Virus record (IMG/VR): IMGVR_UViG_3300028048_002144
Source of the DNA: a virus
Lineage: Duplodnaviria > Caudoviricetes
Direction: 5' to 3' (one strand)
Length of the DNA: 64,000 nt
Shown here piece after piece: positions 9,714 through 20,329 of this stretch; position 1 is the first letter of the stretch, and the number at the start of each line of letters is the position of its first letter. The notes under the pieces were generated by a model. The model was not told the DNA's origin. It ran no database searches and worked only from the letters and a program-made list of their open reading frames with translations. Made by a program: the position numbers and the translations under genes.

Positions 9714-11447
9714 TTAAACTTCGATATCCAACATTCTAATCTGAGTAGTAGTTTTACCATTAAAACTATTCTCTGATAAAGTGCCATAAATCGTAAATTT
9801 CTTTGGAGCTTTCAATGCTTTAAACTTCTCAAATACTTTGCCTTTAAAATCTACAGCTTCAATATCGTTAGATATCATTTTCACCATATTTTTGTTCTGT
9901 CCCATTATAAGATAATGCAATCCCTTAAACTTAGATTCAGCTTCAAAACCAGTAATCTTGAAGATAGGTTCACTATGTCCCTGTCCATATGGAGCAAATT
10001 CCTTTACTGATTCATAGGTATCTGCTACATCGTTAATGCTAATTTCGTAATCATATTCCTTATCAAGGTCTTTATCTGGTACATCTTCGATTACTGAACT
10101 CATACCTTTTTTGAATTCATCAAAATTTTTATCCAGAATAGAAACTCCAGCAGCTAAAGCGTGTCCACCATATTTTTCAATGAGTTTAACATTCTTATCC
10201 AAAGCATCCTTCAGATTTGAATTACCATAACCTCTTCCAGATCCTTTTAATAACTCTCCATATACAGGTACGTTATTATCGTCTACAAGAATATTGTTAT
10301 TTTCATCAGTCTGAATTGCAGGAGTGAATACAAAACAATCTGTTTTATACATCTCGCTTAACTGACCGGCAATAATTCCAGATAATCCTTCATAGATATT
10401 AGCGTCTCCTTCTTTAGGAACATATTTGACTATTAAAGGACTATCATTTTCCATATGCTCAGTTTCAATCATCTGAATCAATGCTTTTTTGATTTTTTCA
10501 GTTAAATCTTTTCTGGTATCGTTAAATTCAACGATATGTTCAGTTAATGGTCTGATTACTGAAAATTCATTATTATCTAGCGTTAGGTAATTTACCATTT
10601 CTTCGCCACCAGTATCTTTTAATCTACCAGGAGCATTAATAATAGGACCTAATGCAAAACCGATGTCTTTTTCATTAATCTGTTCTATTTTATTAATCTT
10701 ACGAAGCAAATCATACATAGCACTTGTTCTTCCAGAGTTCTGTAAAATAAGTTCTAACCCCTGCTTAACGATCAGATAATTGTCATACTGGAATTTATTG
10801 TTGTAGCATGTAATCAAATCAACGCTATCGCAAATAGTTCCAATCATAGCAAGGACTGTAATTTTATCCATTACAAAATCTGGTACAACACCAATTTCCT
10901 GTGCAAGCTTATATACAAGTCCAGCTCCACAATACATATTGAAGTCTGCACTATCTTCTATAGCTTCTGGATCAATAACAACATCTGCTGGTGGGATTAC
11001 ATCTGACATATGATGGTCTAATACCAATACATCATAGCCCTTTTCTTTAGCTTTAAGTATTGCATCAGTTGCAGCAATTCCATTATCAACCGTAATAAGC
11101 AATCCTCTCTCTACTTTTGGCATGAATTCTGAACCATCTTCCAATTTAGAATCAATGATTTTTTCTGATAAACCATATCCATTACTAAATCTTCGAGGAA
11201 TCCATTTTTTTACGTCCTTAAATTCTAATGCCGAGAGCAAAATAGTTAGCCCTGTTGTTGATGTAATTCCGTCTACGTCATAATCTCCTACTATTCTAAT
11301 AGGATCACATTTATGAGAATATAAAAGCAAAACACCATCTTCCATGCCTTTAACCTTATATTCTGTACTTTTTCTGTTATTATCTTTGAAAAGAAACGTT
11401 TCGTTCTCTTCAAAACTTGATAAAAACTTTTCTTTTTGTTTCCACAT
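9714..11447 (-). CDS. recJ: RecJ-like ssDNA exonuclease (DHH/DHHA1)
   Basis: GDYDVDG, TVDNG, LDHH, GTICD, INAPGR, GSGR, YGGHALAAG, APYGQG. Confidence 0.9.
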   Translation of the reverse strand: MWKQKEKFLSSFEENETFLFKDNNRKSTEYKVKGMEDGVLLLYSHKCDPIRIVGDYDVDGITSTTGLTILLSALEFKDVKKWIPRRFSNGYGLSEKIIDSKLEDGSEFMPKVERGLLITVDNGIAATDAILKAKEKGYDVLVLDHHMSDVIPPADVVIDPEAIEDSADFNMYCGAGLVYKLAQEIGVVPDFVMDKITVLAMIGTICDSVDLITCYNNKFQYDNYLIVKQGLELILQNSGRTSAMYDLLRKINKIEQINEKDIGFALGPIINAPGRLKDTGGEEMVNYLTLDNNEFSVIRPLTEHIVEFNDTRKDLTEKIKKALIQMIETEHMENDSPLIVKYVPKEGDANIYEGLSGIIAGQLSEMYKTDCFVFTPAIQTDENNNILVDDNNVPVYGELLKGSGRGYGNSNLKDALDKNVKLIEKYGGHALAAGVSILDKNFDEFKKGMSSVIEDVPDKDLDKEYDYEISINDVADTYESVKEFAPYGQGHSEPIFKITGFEAESKFKGLHYLIMGQNKNMVKMISNDIEAVDFKGKVFEKFKALKAPKKFTIYGTLSENSFNGKTTTQIRMLDIEV

Positions 11448-11567
11448 TGTTTTTCTACCACCTTTCTGACTTTAAAATTTCAATATTAATATGAATTATT
11501 TTTGCAATAAAAATTCCTGCTACAACATATGTCATAGCAGGATATGTTATATTATAGAATAATTCTT

Positions 11568-12806
11568 TTATCGCTCAAGTTCTTCTACAACCTTATGAGG
11601 TTTTTCATGATGTTTTTCATCATTATCTATATCTTTCTGACTTACTGGGCCCGTCAAAGGATCATCATCTATATATCCATAGAAATCATTAAAATCATTT
11701 CTTTCTTTTGTTATTCTTCTCTCCAGATTTTCTTTTTCTAATTCTTGCTCTATTTTAAATTTATCTAATGGTTGAGACTCTATTAAATATTTAATATTAA
11801 GTTCTTGTTCAATCTCTTCCCTTGATTTTAATTTAGATGGAATAGACAAAAAAGTTACTAATTGGTATGAAGGAAATTTATCTTCTTTTGTTTCCTTTGT
11901 TTCTTCATACACATTATCTTTTTCTTTACCTTTAAACATTTTGTTTAGTTTAGATAAAAAACTTTCCTTTTTATGTTCTTCTTTTTTCTGTTCTTTTTTA
12001 ATATCTTCGTATATATCTTTTTGTGCATTTTCGTCTTCAGTTTCATTTTCAGAACCATTATTTTCATCTTTTGAATTTAAACTACTACTATCATCATATA
12101 AATCATCAAATAAATCTATATCTTTTGTATCGTTTTCTTTATCACTTTCTTCGTCAGCTTTTGTGTTATGCGCAAAAAAATTACTTCCGAAAATATCTGA
12201 TAAATCATTAGAAAAAGGTTTTTTATCTACAACAGAGTTTTTTATTTCTCTGGCATTATCAAAATCATCGAAGTCATCGAAATCATCAAAGTTGTTAATA
12301 TCGTTATTATCTTCATTATTTTTATCTTGTATAGGTTTTTCAAAATCATTTTCTGTATCAGAAAAATCATCTATATCGTCATTTTCGTCTTTTTGATCTT
12401 CCTGGGAAGCTGTCATTAAATCATCTCTAAAGACTTCTTCTTCATCGTATTCGATCTTGTGTTCCTCAATATCTTTTTTATATTCAGTAATAGTTTTATT
12501 AACTTCTCGTTCACCGTCTTCATCTTCTGTAAATTTGAACGTAATTTTACCATCTTCATCTTCAAACTCTGCGGATTCAAAATCCAACCCAGTTTCTATA
12601 TCATATGGAATATCATCTATAAGCTCCTTAAATGCCTCAAATTCCGTTTCGTAATCTTCATCGCCCAGTAATTCCACTTCGCCTTCTAAATTCGTTTCTG
12701 AGGCTTCTAGCGCTTCTGTTTTAATAAGTTTATTTCCTTTTTTACCCGTTGCTTTTATATATGGGGCTAATTCATAATTTTCTTTTACTATAGCTTTTAA
12801 ATACAT
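11568..12806 (-). CDS. Highly acidic hypothetical protein
   Basis: 412-aa D/E-rich ORF ending EELER. Confidence 0.7.
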   Translation of the reverse strand: MYLKAIVKENYELAPYIKATGKKGNKLIKTEALEASETNLEGEVELLGDEDYETEFEAFKELIDDIPYDIETGLDFESAEFEDEDGKITFKFTEDEDGEREVNKTITEYKKDIEEHKIEYDEEEVFRDDLMTASQEDQKDENDDIDDFSDTENDFEKPIQDKNNEDNNDINNFDDFDDFDDFDNAREIKNSVVDKKPFSNDLSDIFGSNFFAHNTKADEESDKENDTKDIDLFDDLYDDSSSLNSKDENNGSENETEDENAQKDIYEDIKKEQKKEEHKKESFLSKLNKMFKGKEKDNVYEETKETKEDKFPSYQLVTFLSIPSKLKSREEIEQELNIKYLIESQPLDKFKIEQELEKENLERRITKERNDFNDFYGYIDDDPLTGPVSQKDIDNDEKHHEKPHKVVEELER

Positions 12807-12867
12807 ACATTTGCCTTTCTAAAAAAGCACCCAAAGCAAATATGCTTCGGATGCTCATTACTTTAGT

Positions 12868-13140
12868 TTAGCCTAAACCGAAAGTTGCTTTAGCCTGGCC
12901 TATTACACTTTCATTTCTCTTATTTGCTACAATCATAGCTGTATCTGGGTGTCCGCAGCCATATCTATATCTCAAGATAATTCCACCACTTTCCGTTCCA
13001 GTTTCGTCAGCTCCGAGTTCATTCCAGGTTACTTTTACTTTCTCGTTTCCGCATTCAGGACAAACAACCTTTTTAAATCTCTGGCCCTGTCCTTCTTTAA
13101 AACTATTTTCGATATCTATTCGAACATCTTCATTTAGCAT
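12868..13140 (-). CDS. Small Zn-ribbon protein
   Basis: CPECG..GCGH. Confidence 0.65.
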   Translation of the reverse strand: MLNEDVRIDIENSFKEGQGQRFKKVVCPECGNEKVKVTWNELGADETGTESGGIILRYRYGCGHPDTAMIVANKRNESVIGQAKATFGLG

Positions 13141-13222
13141 AATATTCCTCTTTTCTGTAATTATATTTTTGTTTCTAGTGAATTATTAAATTACTCACTA
13201 AAAAGAATATGACAGAAGAATA

Positions 13223-14284
13223 TTACCAAGTTTTATTCACTTCTTTGATACAAGCAGCATATAATTGTTGAATAGAAAATAAGGTTAATCCTTTCGCTTC
13301 ATCACACATTTCATTAAATCCACTAAAGTTATATTTAAGCAAATCTGCATTCTTATACATTATCTTTATCATATCAATTTCTTCTTGCGTTAATTCTTCA
13401 TTCACATCTTTAGCAGATAAGAGTTCATATAAATTCTCAATATAACTTAATTTATCTTTTATAAGTCCTTTTGTTGTGTTAGATAAAATATGATCTATAT
13501 TAATTGAATTATTAAAATCTTCAACAAAATATGTAGGGACCTTTTTATCGCCTAAATACTTATTTATGCTCTTTACGAAAATGTCTTTTATGATTACTGC
13601 TAAATTATATTCAATCATCGTTAATACTACGAAATCTTCGTCTTTTATCTTCTCATATTCACTTTCGCTTAAAAGCATCTTTAAATATCTTTTAGCTTCT
13701 ACATCTGGATACATAGAAGTTTTATCTTCATTGTATCTAAATCTATTCTCAAAATATATAAATGATAAAGGAATAGATTTTATCTTTCTTTTACCTAAAG
13801 CATAATCTGAAAATACATTCTTACACATATCCAGCTGCTCAGCATCTAAAGTTTTATTGTTTCTCATCTTACCTTTATTATAGAGGATTTGTGTTAAATA
13901 ATATCTTATACTTTGGTTTTTTGAAGAGTCCTTCTTTTTATTTATTTCCTTATATCCGAAATTTTCGATCTTCTCAACCGTAAAATGATATGGTAAATCT
14001 AATTTGTCTAATTCCCTTTTCAGTCCTTTTAGTATAAAATCATATAAATCATTACATACTATATCTATTTTCTCTGTTGAGATTATCAGATTAGGGATAA
14101 AGTAATTTAATGCGTATTGTTTTTGCGTCTTTTGATTTGACTTCAGCATTAGTAAATAATAAGCAGGGATATCTAATAGATTATTCCCTCTTGCTAAACT
14201 ATATACTGCGTTTTCATATATTTGTATTTGATCTTCAAATTTAAGTGCTTTTTGTACACTAATTTTTAAATTATGAGCTTGCAT
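13223..14284 (-). CDS. Hypothetical protein
   Basis: 353-aa ORF with AAAGAGG RBS. Confidence 0.7.
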   Translation of the reverse strand: MQAHNLKISVQKALKFEDQIQIYENAVYSLARGNNLLDIPAYYLLMLKSNQKTQKQYALNYFIPNLIISTEKIDIVCNDLYDFILKGLKRELDKLDLPYHFTVEKIENFGYKEINKKKDSSKNQSIRYYLTQILYNKGKMRNNKTLDAEQLDMCKNVFSDYALGKRKIKSIPLSFIYFENRFRYNEDKTSMYPDVEAKRYLKMLLSESEYEKIKDEDFVVLTMIEYNLAVIIKDIFVKSINKYLGDKKVPTYFVEDFNNSINIDHILSNTTKGLIKDKLSYIENLYELLSAKDVNEELTQEEIDMIKIMYKNADLLKYNFSGFNEMCDEAKGLTLFSIQQLYAACIKEVNKTW

Positions 14285-14354
14285 AGAAAACCTCTTTCTT
14301 TTTTTGTAAAAAAATCGTTCATATTTTAAATAGTTAGATATTGAAAGAAAGGAG

Positions 14355-14690
14355 TTGATTAATATGTTTTTTACACATAGTCAATCCAAAAATTCTTTCG
14401 GGTTCGTGTTTACAGCTTTCAAATTGTCTGTTAAGTTAACTGTATTTATCTGGATATTTGCACAGTGTTTAAAGATTAAACCTATGCTTGCCCAGGAACT
14501 AAATAACGGTTTTAATTTTACTCAGACACAGAATCCAGCAGTTGTAACAATGAACACCGAAACCCCGAACTCTTTCAATATATTTAATGGTTTAAGTAAT
14601 ATTAAAAAGGACTACGATAGCCTTTTTGATACTTGGGAAGAAACAAAAATAATTCTTTCTAACCCAGATTACTTAAATACAATGAATTAA
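14355..14690 (+). CDS. Hypothetical protein; C-terminus resembles the Phd/YefM antitoxin tail
   Basis: AAAGGAG RBS; YDSLFDTWEETKIILSNPDYL; start probably 14364. Confidence 0.55.
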   Translation: MINMFFTHSQSKNSFGFVFTAFKLSVKLTVFIWIFAQCLKIKPMLAQELNNGFNFTQTQNPAVVTMNTETPNSFNIFNGLSNIKKDYDSLFDTWEETKIILSNPDYLNTMN

Positions 14691-14736
14691 GTTAGAGTAA
14701 AAAACGGTAGTCTTATAATTTGGCTACCGTTTTCTT

Positions 14737-15537
14737 TTATTGATTTTCACTTTCGTTTATCATCTGTTCTAATTCTTTCATCATATTTTGCTCTTCTTCA
14801 GTTGAATTCGTATCAGACGTATTTTCTTCAGCATGTTCTTGAACATAGTTTTGCATTTCTACTTGTTTTTGATTATCATTCATCTTTACGATGAAATTTA
14901 ACAGCTCTGAGCCATTATCTTCATTTATCGTGTAATAACAAATATCTGTTTTATTATCGAATTCTTTTATATACAAAACAGTATGATCAGATGTATCTAC
15001 TATTTCATATAATCCATTCTCCATCTTTTTAATATCTGGATTATTTTTATTAAGTGTTGGCATAATGTAGAACACATTTGTTTCGTCTTTTACATATACG
15101 TAATTCTTATCAAAGTTCTTTTCTTTAATAAGATCCTTTATCTTTAGTTTCTCAAAAGATAGATTTTCTGCCGGAATATTCTTTTCTTTTGCATACTCTA
15201 CAAAAGTCTTATATCCTAAATCCTTACCAGTTTTAAGATATATACTTTTGACTTCATCTGGTATGTCGTTCATATAATCTAGTGATTTGTCTTCTGGTTT
15301 TTCTTTACCTATTGCCATTGATACAGCATCCTGTAATGTAGGTTTCTTCTTTGTTTCAAATTTCTGTTTGAATGCAAACATACCCATTTCAATTGATACA
15401 CATAATATTGTTATAACAATTGTAACTATTACAATCGTTCCTATCAGTGAACGAGTTCCTGCCTTATCCGAGTCTTCTCCATTACTACGTCTTTCCTGTA
15501 TTAACTGATTTGCGTTTATCTTTTTATTTTTAAACAT
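14737..15537 (-). CDS. Membrane-anchored hypothetical protein
   Basis: Single N-terminal TM helix. Confidence 0.7.
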   Translation of the reverse strand: MFKNKKINANQLIQERRSNGEDSDKAGTRSLIGTIVIVTIVITILCVSIEMGMFAFKQKFETKKKPTLQDAVSMAIGKEKPEDKSLDYMNDIPDEVKSIYLKTGKDLGYKTFVEYAKEKNIPAENLSFEKLKIKDLIKEKNFDKNYVYVKDETNVFYIMPTLNKNNPDIKKMENGLYEIVDTSDHTVLYIKEFDNKTDICYYTINEDNGSELLNFIVKMNDNQKQVEMQNYVQEHAEENTSDTNSTEEEQNMMKELEQMINESENQ

Positions 15538-15648
15538 ATTTCCACCTTTTTAAAAATCTCTTTTATCTAAATATGACAGAACTGGCTAACGACATAAAAA
15601 AAACACCCCTTATATTAATAAGGAGTGTTTTTCAATCTTTTACTGTTT

Positions 15649-16137
15649 TTAGAAAACGATTACCTTTCTTTTATCAGCTTTAAGATTGTTGATTTCTGGT
15701 TCTCTATCGGAAATCACATCAGCAATTTCATCAATAGCTTTGAACTCATCAATTACTTCTTCAACAAATGCAGCAATTTCTTCTGCAGTCTCTTCAATAT
15801 CGTCAGTTGGATCAGATACATAAACATCAAGTGGTAATTCTGCTTTAGCCATCATTTTCTTTACAAAGAAGAACTTATTAACAAGTCTCTTACAAGTCTT
15901 GGCATAATTTCTTTCAATGTATTCTGGTTTATAAGCCAACTTCTGGTTGTAGAAATAGAAGATTGTCTCACACTTCTTGTAGTCATAATAGCAATCAAGA
16001 AGTTCAATAATGTTCTCAAGCGGATATGTAAACTTGTTGTTTCTTGGATTTGTATATCCGTTCTCTTCCTCTGATGCGATATAAAGTGCTACATTTTCGT
16101 TGCTCTTGTTTTTGAAGTCATAATAGTTGTTGTACAT
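15649..16137 (-). CDS. Hypothetical protein
   Basis: 162-aa ORF, AGGGAG RBS. Confidence 0.7.
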   Translation of the reverse strand: MYNNYYDFKNKSNENVALYIASEEENGYTNPRNNKFTYPLENIIELLDCYYDYKKCETIFYFYNQKLAYKPEYIERNYAKTCKRLVNKFFFVKKMMAKAELPLDVYVSDPTDDIEETAEEIAAFVEEVIDEFKAIDEIADVISDREPEINNLKADKRKVIVF

Positions 16138-16268
16138 TTTATTCTCCCTTCTCTCTGCCTCATTTCGCAGAAAACAAAAAGTCAGGAGTTGTACTTACTC
16201 CTGACTTTCATTAAATACTTTACAATATTTATATGACAGATTTTTTATTATTTTTCTTACGTTTTATT

Positions 16269-16832
16269 TTACTTCATTTCATAGCCTTCTTTTATAGTAA
16301 TAGTAGAGAAACTTTCAATAGTTGAAAGCTTTTTCTTTAGTTCGTCAATTGTCTTGCCATGATATCCGATAAGAATGCCTGGATTAGATGAAACTAATAA
16401 TATATCTACCTTATTAGACTCATCCTTAGAAAGTACACACTGAATATTAGCGTATTTCTGAAGGTTGTTTTTATGAACCCATTCCTGTATTTCATATAAA
16501 ATTTTATTGATTCCATTTATTTCATATAAATTTTTGTTATTCGTATGGTCGTTATGAGGTACATCAGCTTTTCTTTCGCTCTTTGTCATATTATTGCATA
16601 CAGTATCAATCATCTTCTGCTGCGTTTGAACGATTTCAAAAAGTTTATCAATGCAGTCATACATAATCTCACGTTCATTATAACGATGATGCCAGCTGCT
16701 CGAACCATGACTATGATCAGTATTTCGGACATCACTTAATCGCCAGTCGATTGATTCGATACACTTTGCAACACTCTCTTTCATGTTTTTAATATAAGCT
16801 TTGTCTATTGCCATTATTTTTTCTCCTTTCAA
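16269..16832 (-). CDS. Protein with C-terminal type II KH domain (ribosomal protein S3-like)
   Basis: VDILLVSSNPGILIGYHGKTIDELKKKL resembles the S3 KH signature (RPG.vIGKkG..I..L). Confidence 0.65.
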   Translation of the reverse strand: MKGEKIMAIDKAYIKNMKESVAKCIESIDWRLSDVRNTDHSHGSSSWHHRYNEREIMYDCIDKLFEIVQTQQKMIDTVCNNMTKSERKADVPHNDHTNNKNLYEINGINKILYEIQEWVHKNNLQKYANIQCVLSKDESNKVDILLVSSNPGILIGYHGKTIDELKKKLSTIESFSTITIKEGYEMK

Positions 16833-16938
16833 ACTTTAAAATTCTAGTATTAATATGAATGATTTTTATAATAAAAAAAATACCCAGGAGCTATGCTCTA
16901 AGATATTTTTCTTATTGTCTTATTAATCACCCTTAAAT

Positions 16939-17235
16939 TTACTTATGCATTGCCTTTTTCTTCTCTGCAATAATCTCTTCTACACATTTTCTAGCAATTC
17001 CTAAATGTATTAGATACTGACCAGCATTAGGATCATTATCTTTATTGATTCGATATTTCTGTTCATGCTGTTCTATTACTCTTTTAGTTTTCTCCAGACT
17101 GTCAATTGGTATTCCAAAAGCTGTACAGTCTAAAGAGCCTGTATTAGAAATTATATTTTCACTCTTAATCTGGAGAGATTTATCACCCTTAAATGCATCT
17201 GATAATGCTCCAATAAGTTCTGCTCTATTATCCAT
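16939..17235 (-). CDS. Hypothetical protein
   Basis: 98-aa ORF, operonic. Confidence 0.6.
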   Translation of the reverse strand: MDNRAELIGALSDAFKGDKSLQIKSENIISNTGSLDCTAFGIPIDSLEKTKRVIEQHEQKYRINKDNDPNAGQYLIHLGIARKCVEEIIAEKKKAMHK

Positions 17236-17237
17236 TC

Positions 17238-17828
17238 TTATTCCTCATTTTCTAAAAAGTTGACATTTAAACTTAATAATTCACCAATAAAAAGTTTTTG
17301 TATATAATCTTTATCCCTTTTAATAGGATAATTTATATTGAAAAAATCATCAGAAAGGTTTTCTAACATTTCTACAACATCATCTTCTGAATTAATATCG
17401 GGATTAATATCAGGTACAGAGAGTCCTAAAAAATGCAAATTAGGTTCTGGACCAGCTGCTAGTGATACATAAACTTCATACATATCGGCATCTAAAACTC
17501 GACAGACAATTCTAAGTCCATATTTTAAAACACCTCGTACATATGGTTCCCAGTATTCAGCTTTACCTTTAGAATAAAAATGAAGATCATTACTAAAATC
17601 TTTAAGTAATGGAAATTGTTCTAGTGGATATACTCGAACATACTCTTTTACTGTTTTTACTGCAGCTTTATTTTCTGCTACAGTAATACATTCTTTTAAA
17701 TAATTTAATTCATCTTTAGTGAAGTTTATATTAGTATTATCTTCTTGAATTGCCTGTGTTATATGATTTAACATATATCTACTAGGGTGTGCTTTTGATA
17801 TTACTTTTACCATTTTCATCCTCCTCAT
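17238..17828 (-). CDS. Hypothetical protein
   Basis: 196-aa ORF, operonic. Confidence 0.6.
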   Translation of the reverse strand: MRRMKMVKVISKAHPSRYMLNHITQAIQEDNTNINFTKDELNYLKECITVAENKAAVKTVKEYVRVYPLEQFPLLKDFSNDLHFYSKGKAEYWEPYVRGVLKYGLRIVCRVLDADMYEVYVSLAAGPEPNLHFLGLSVPDINPDINSEDDVVEMLENLSDDFFNINYPIKRDKDYIQKLFIGELLSLNVNFLENEE

Positions 17829-18264
17829 CTAATCTTTTCTTTTCACTTTCTTTCATCATTTTTTCCAATTTAGGTGTTAATGGTGTTTTAATTATTTCCA
17901 AAGCATTATTTTTTAGAGCTTCTCTATAATCATCTCCATCATATAAGACTAAGATGCATAGTTCATAACTATAAGGCAGCACATCTTTTACTAACTTTTC
18001 TAATTCATCTGAATGTTCTTTTATAAATTTAGAACGTTTATTTAGTAAATATTTGCTAATTAACATAGGACCAAATATCACAACATAGAAACCCCAAGAA
18101 TAAAGTAAAATGCACGATATTGTTGGATTTATACTTTGCCCAATTGGTGTGTCATATATAAATTTTATAAGTCCCCAAAATAATAGGATATTACACAAAT
18201 ACATTAAGAAAAATGTGCAAATATCTTTGTTATGTTGTTTTATAACAAATTTCGTATTCATCAT
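17782..18264 (-). CDS. Membrane protein (2 TM)
   Basis: Two hydrophobic segments. Confidence 0.6.
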   Translation of the reverse strand: MMNTKFVIKQHNKDICTFFLMYLCNILLFWGLIKFIYDTPIGQSINPTISCILLYSWGFYVVIFGPMLISKYLLNKRSKFIKEHSDELEKLVKDVLPYSYELCILVLYDGDDYREALKNNALEIIKTPLTPKLEKMMKESEKKRLDEEDENGKSNIKSTP

Positions 18265-18274
18265 ATTTATCCTC

Positions 18275-18571
18275 TTATTCTTTTAAAAACTTTCGATAAA
18301 TGTTATCAATTTCTTCTTTTGTGGTTGTAATATTTCTATCTTTCCCTTTATTGATTATGTCTTCATAATCTCCTGGGATTAACTTATAATCACAAAACCT
18401 AGATGAATGTATGGACCACAAAGAATACAATTCTTTTTGCACAAAATTTATCTTTTTATACAGTTTTGCTCTCGGAACCTCTACAAAAATTATGAAATAT
18501 ATAAATCCTGCTATTGCTGTTGTTATAGCAATTGTCGATACTATGTAAAAAATGGTATATATCGTATTCAT
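18275..18571 (-). CDS. Membrane-anchored hypothetical protein
   Basis: N-terminal TM; C-terminus paralogous to the tail of 19064..19834. Confidence 0.65.
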   Translation of the reverse strand: MNTIYTIFYIVSTIAITTAIAGFIYFIIFVEVPRAKLYKKINFVQKELYSLWSIHSSRFCDYKLIPGDYEDIINKGKDRNITTTKEEIDNIYRKFLKE

Positions 18572-18591
18572 ACAAAGCCTCCCTTTATTAC

Positions 18592-19047
18592 TTATTCGTG
18601 GATCTCGTTCTCTGACTTCTCAAACTTTACTTTTAGTCTTTCGTATTCGGCACGTTCTTTCGCTTCTTCTTCTAATTTCTTCTGCTTTTCTTTAGTTTCT
18701 CTCTCGGCAGCTTCTAGTTCTTTTTCCTGCTGACGAAGTTTATAATATTCATGTCGTGCTTCTTCCTGATCTAATAAAAGCCATTCTGATTTAATATCTT
18801 CGCATTCAGAATAAGTATCTCCATTAGCTCCAGAAGTTCCACTAACAGACAAATCGCAGCCTAGCTTATATGAGTTTTGATGATATATATGATGCTCTTT
18901 TAAAATATCAATTTCGTTTATATCTTCTACTTCACGCAAAATATCTGATAGTCTATCTTTGATAGCCTCATACTTTTCAACTATTTCTTTTATTTCTTCT
19001 GTTGTAGTTATATCTTTATAACCTATTACCTTAATTGGGTTTAGCAT
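18592..19047 (-). CDS. Coiled-coil hypothetical protein
   Basis: 151-aa ORF, GAGGAG RBS. Confidence 0.65.
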   Translation of the reverse strand: MLNPIKVIGYKDITTTEEIKEIVEKYEAIKDRLSDILREVEDINEIDILKEHHIYHQNSYKLGCDLSVSGTSGANGDTYSECEDIKSEWLLLDQEEARHEYYKLRQQEKELEAAERETKEKQKKLEEEAKERAEYERLKVKFEKSENEIHE

Positions 19048-19063
19048 TGTTTTCTCCTCATCA

Positions 19064-19834
19064 CTACTTCAAAAACAATCGGAAAATACCATCAATTTCT
19101 TCTTTTGTAATTGTAAGATCTTCGTTTTCCCCTTTATTGATTATGTTTTCGTAATCCTCCAAGCTTAACTCAAAATCACCAAATGCAGGTTGATGCGTAT
19201 CATATAAGGAATTTAATTCTCCAAGTATAAATTGAACTTTATTTTTAGGTTTTGTTATCTTTACTACACATGCACTAGGACTTGGTTTCCCTATTACAAA
19301 ACATTCATTTTTAGACTTCTCTTCATTCGAAAATTTATCCAAAAATGTAGTTACATGATACAAATCTACTCTTCTATCAAACTCATTTAATTCTAAGATT
19401 TCTTGTTCAATATCAATAAGTGATTCCAAGTTATCATCTATATACGCAAAATGCTCTCTATAATTCTTTTCTTCATGACAAATTTCATCGACTAAAAATT
19501 TAATTACTGTTCCTTTCTGATCCGAACTATTAACTCCCCAGAAATCATCTCTATCTACAACGTCAGGCATATATCTATCCAGGAAGTCTAATTTAGCAAA
19601 TATTTCCTGGCTACCTCTTGAACAAGAAGACAAGATTAGAATTCTATTGCCTTCATCTTTTAGTCTTTTAATCACGTTAATTACCGGCACAAAAGGCTTA
19701 CTATATTCGTCATAACAGGCTCTTATCTTTCTGATATTATTTTCAAAATCATTAGGATCTACCATGATAGTGCCTTCTTTGTCATTAAAACGAGGAGTAG
19801 AAATAACACCATCGAAATCAAAAATATAAATCAT
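19064..19834 (-). CDS. HAD-superfamily hydrolase
   Basis: IFDFDGVI, ILS, K, YIDDN motifs. Confidence 0.8.
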   Translation of the reverse strand: MIYIFDFDGVISTPRFNDKEGTIMVDPNDFENNIRKIRACYDEYSKPFVPVINVIKRLKDEGNRILILSSCSRGSQEIFAKLDFLDRYMPDVVDRDDFWGVNSSDQKGTVIKFLVDEICHEEKNYREHFAYIDDNLESLIDIEQEILELNEFDRRVDLYHVTTFLDKFSNEEKSKNECFVIGKPSPSACVVKITKPKNKVQFILGELNSLYDTHQPAFGDFELSLEDYENIINKGENEDLTITKEEIDGIFRLFLK

Positions 19835-20021
19835 AAAGTGTCCTTCTTTCTAATAAAAACTACTCACATATTTAATATGACAGTTCGTGAGTTTATTTCT
19901 TATTTATTTACCTATTTCTCTTTTTGTCTCCATATATAATTATGGTAATTCTGGAAATAAATAAGCATAAAGAAACACCTAGTCTCATACAAGGCTAGGT
20001 GCTGTAATTTATTCATATGAT

Positions 20022-20192
20022 TTAATTAATAATCAAAGGTTCTTTTTCTTCCAGACGCAAATATTCTTTATAATACTCTCTATCAGACGTAAAACCTTTT
20101 TCTACAAAATGATTGACAACTTTTTCAAAAGCATCTTCTTTTGTGTCAGCCTTTACATAACCATCATGTCCTTCGAAATAGAAATAAAACAT
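20022..20192 (-). CDS. Small protein, 56 aa (not in ORF track)
   Basis: GAAAGGGG RBS; MFYFYFEGHDGYVKADTKEDAFEKV... Confidence 0.6.
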   Translation of the reverse strand: MFYFYFEGHDGYVKADTKEDAFEKVVNHFVEKGFTSDREYYKEYLRLEEKEPLIIN

Positions 20193-20225
20193 ATACAAAA
20201 CCCCTTTCTATAATTTTCTTTTTAG

Positions 20226-20309
20226 TGGATAGGGTAGGACTTGAACCTACAATGTCAATAAGACGACAGTTTTACAGACTGCTGCATTACCAATTCTGCT
20301 CATCTATCC
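20226..20309 (-). tRNA. tRNA-Tyr(GTA)
   Basis: Cloverleaf; anticodon arm GCAGT-CTGTAAA-ACTGT, V-arm, GGTTCAAGTCC, A73; no encoded CCA. Confidence 0.9.
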
Positions 20310-20329
20310 ATATTCTATTCAATGTCTAT

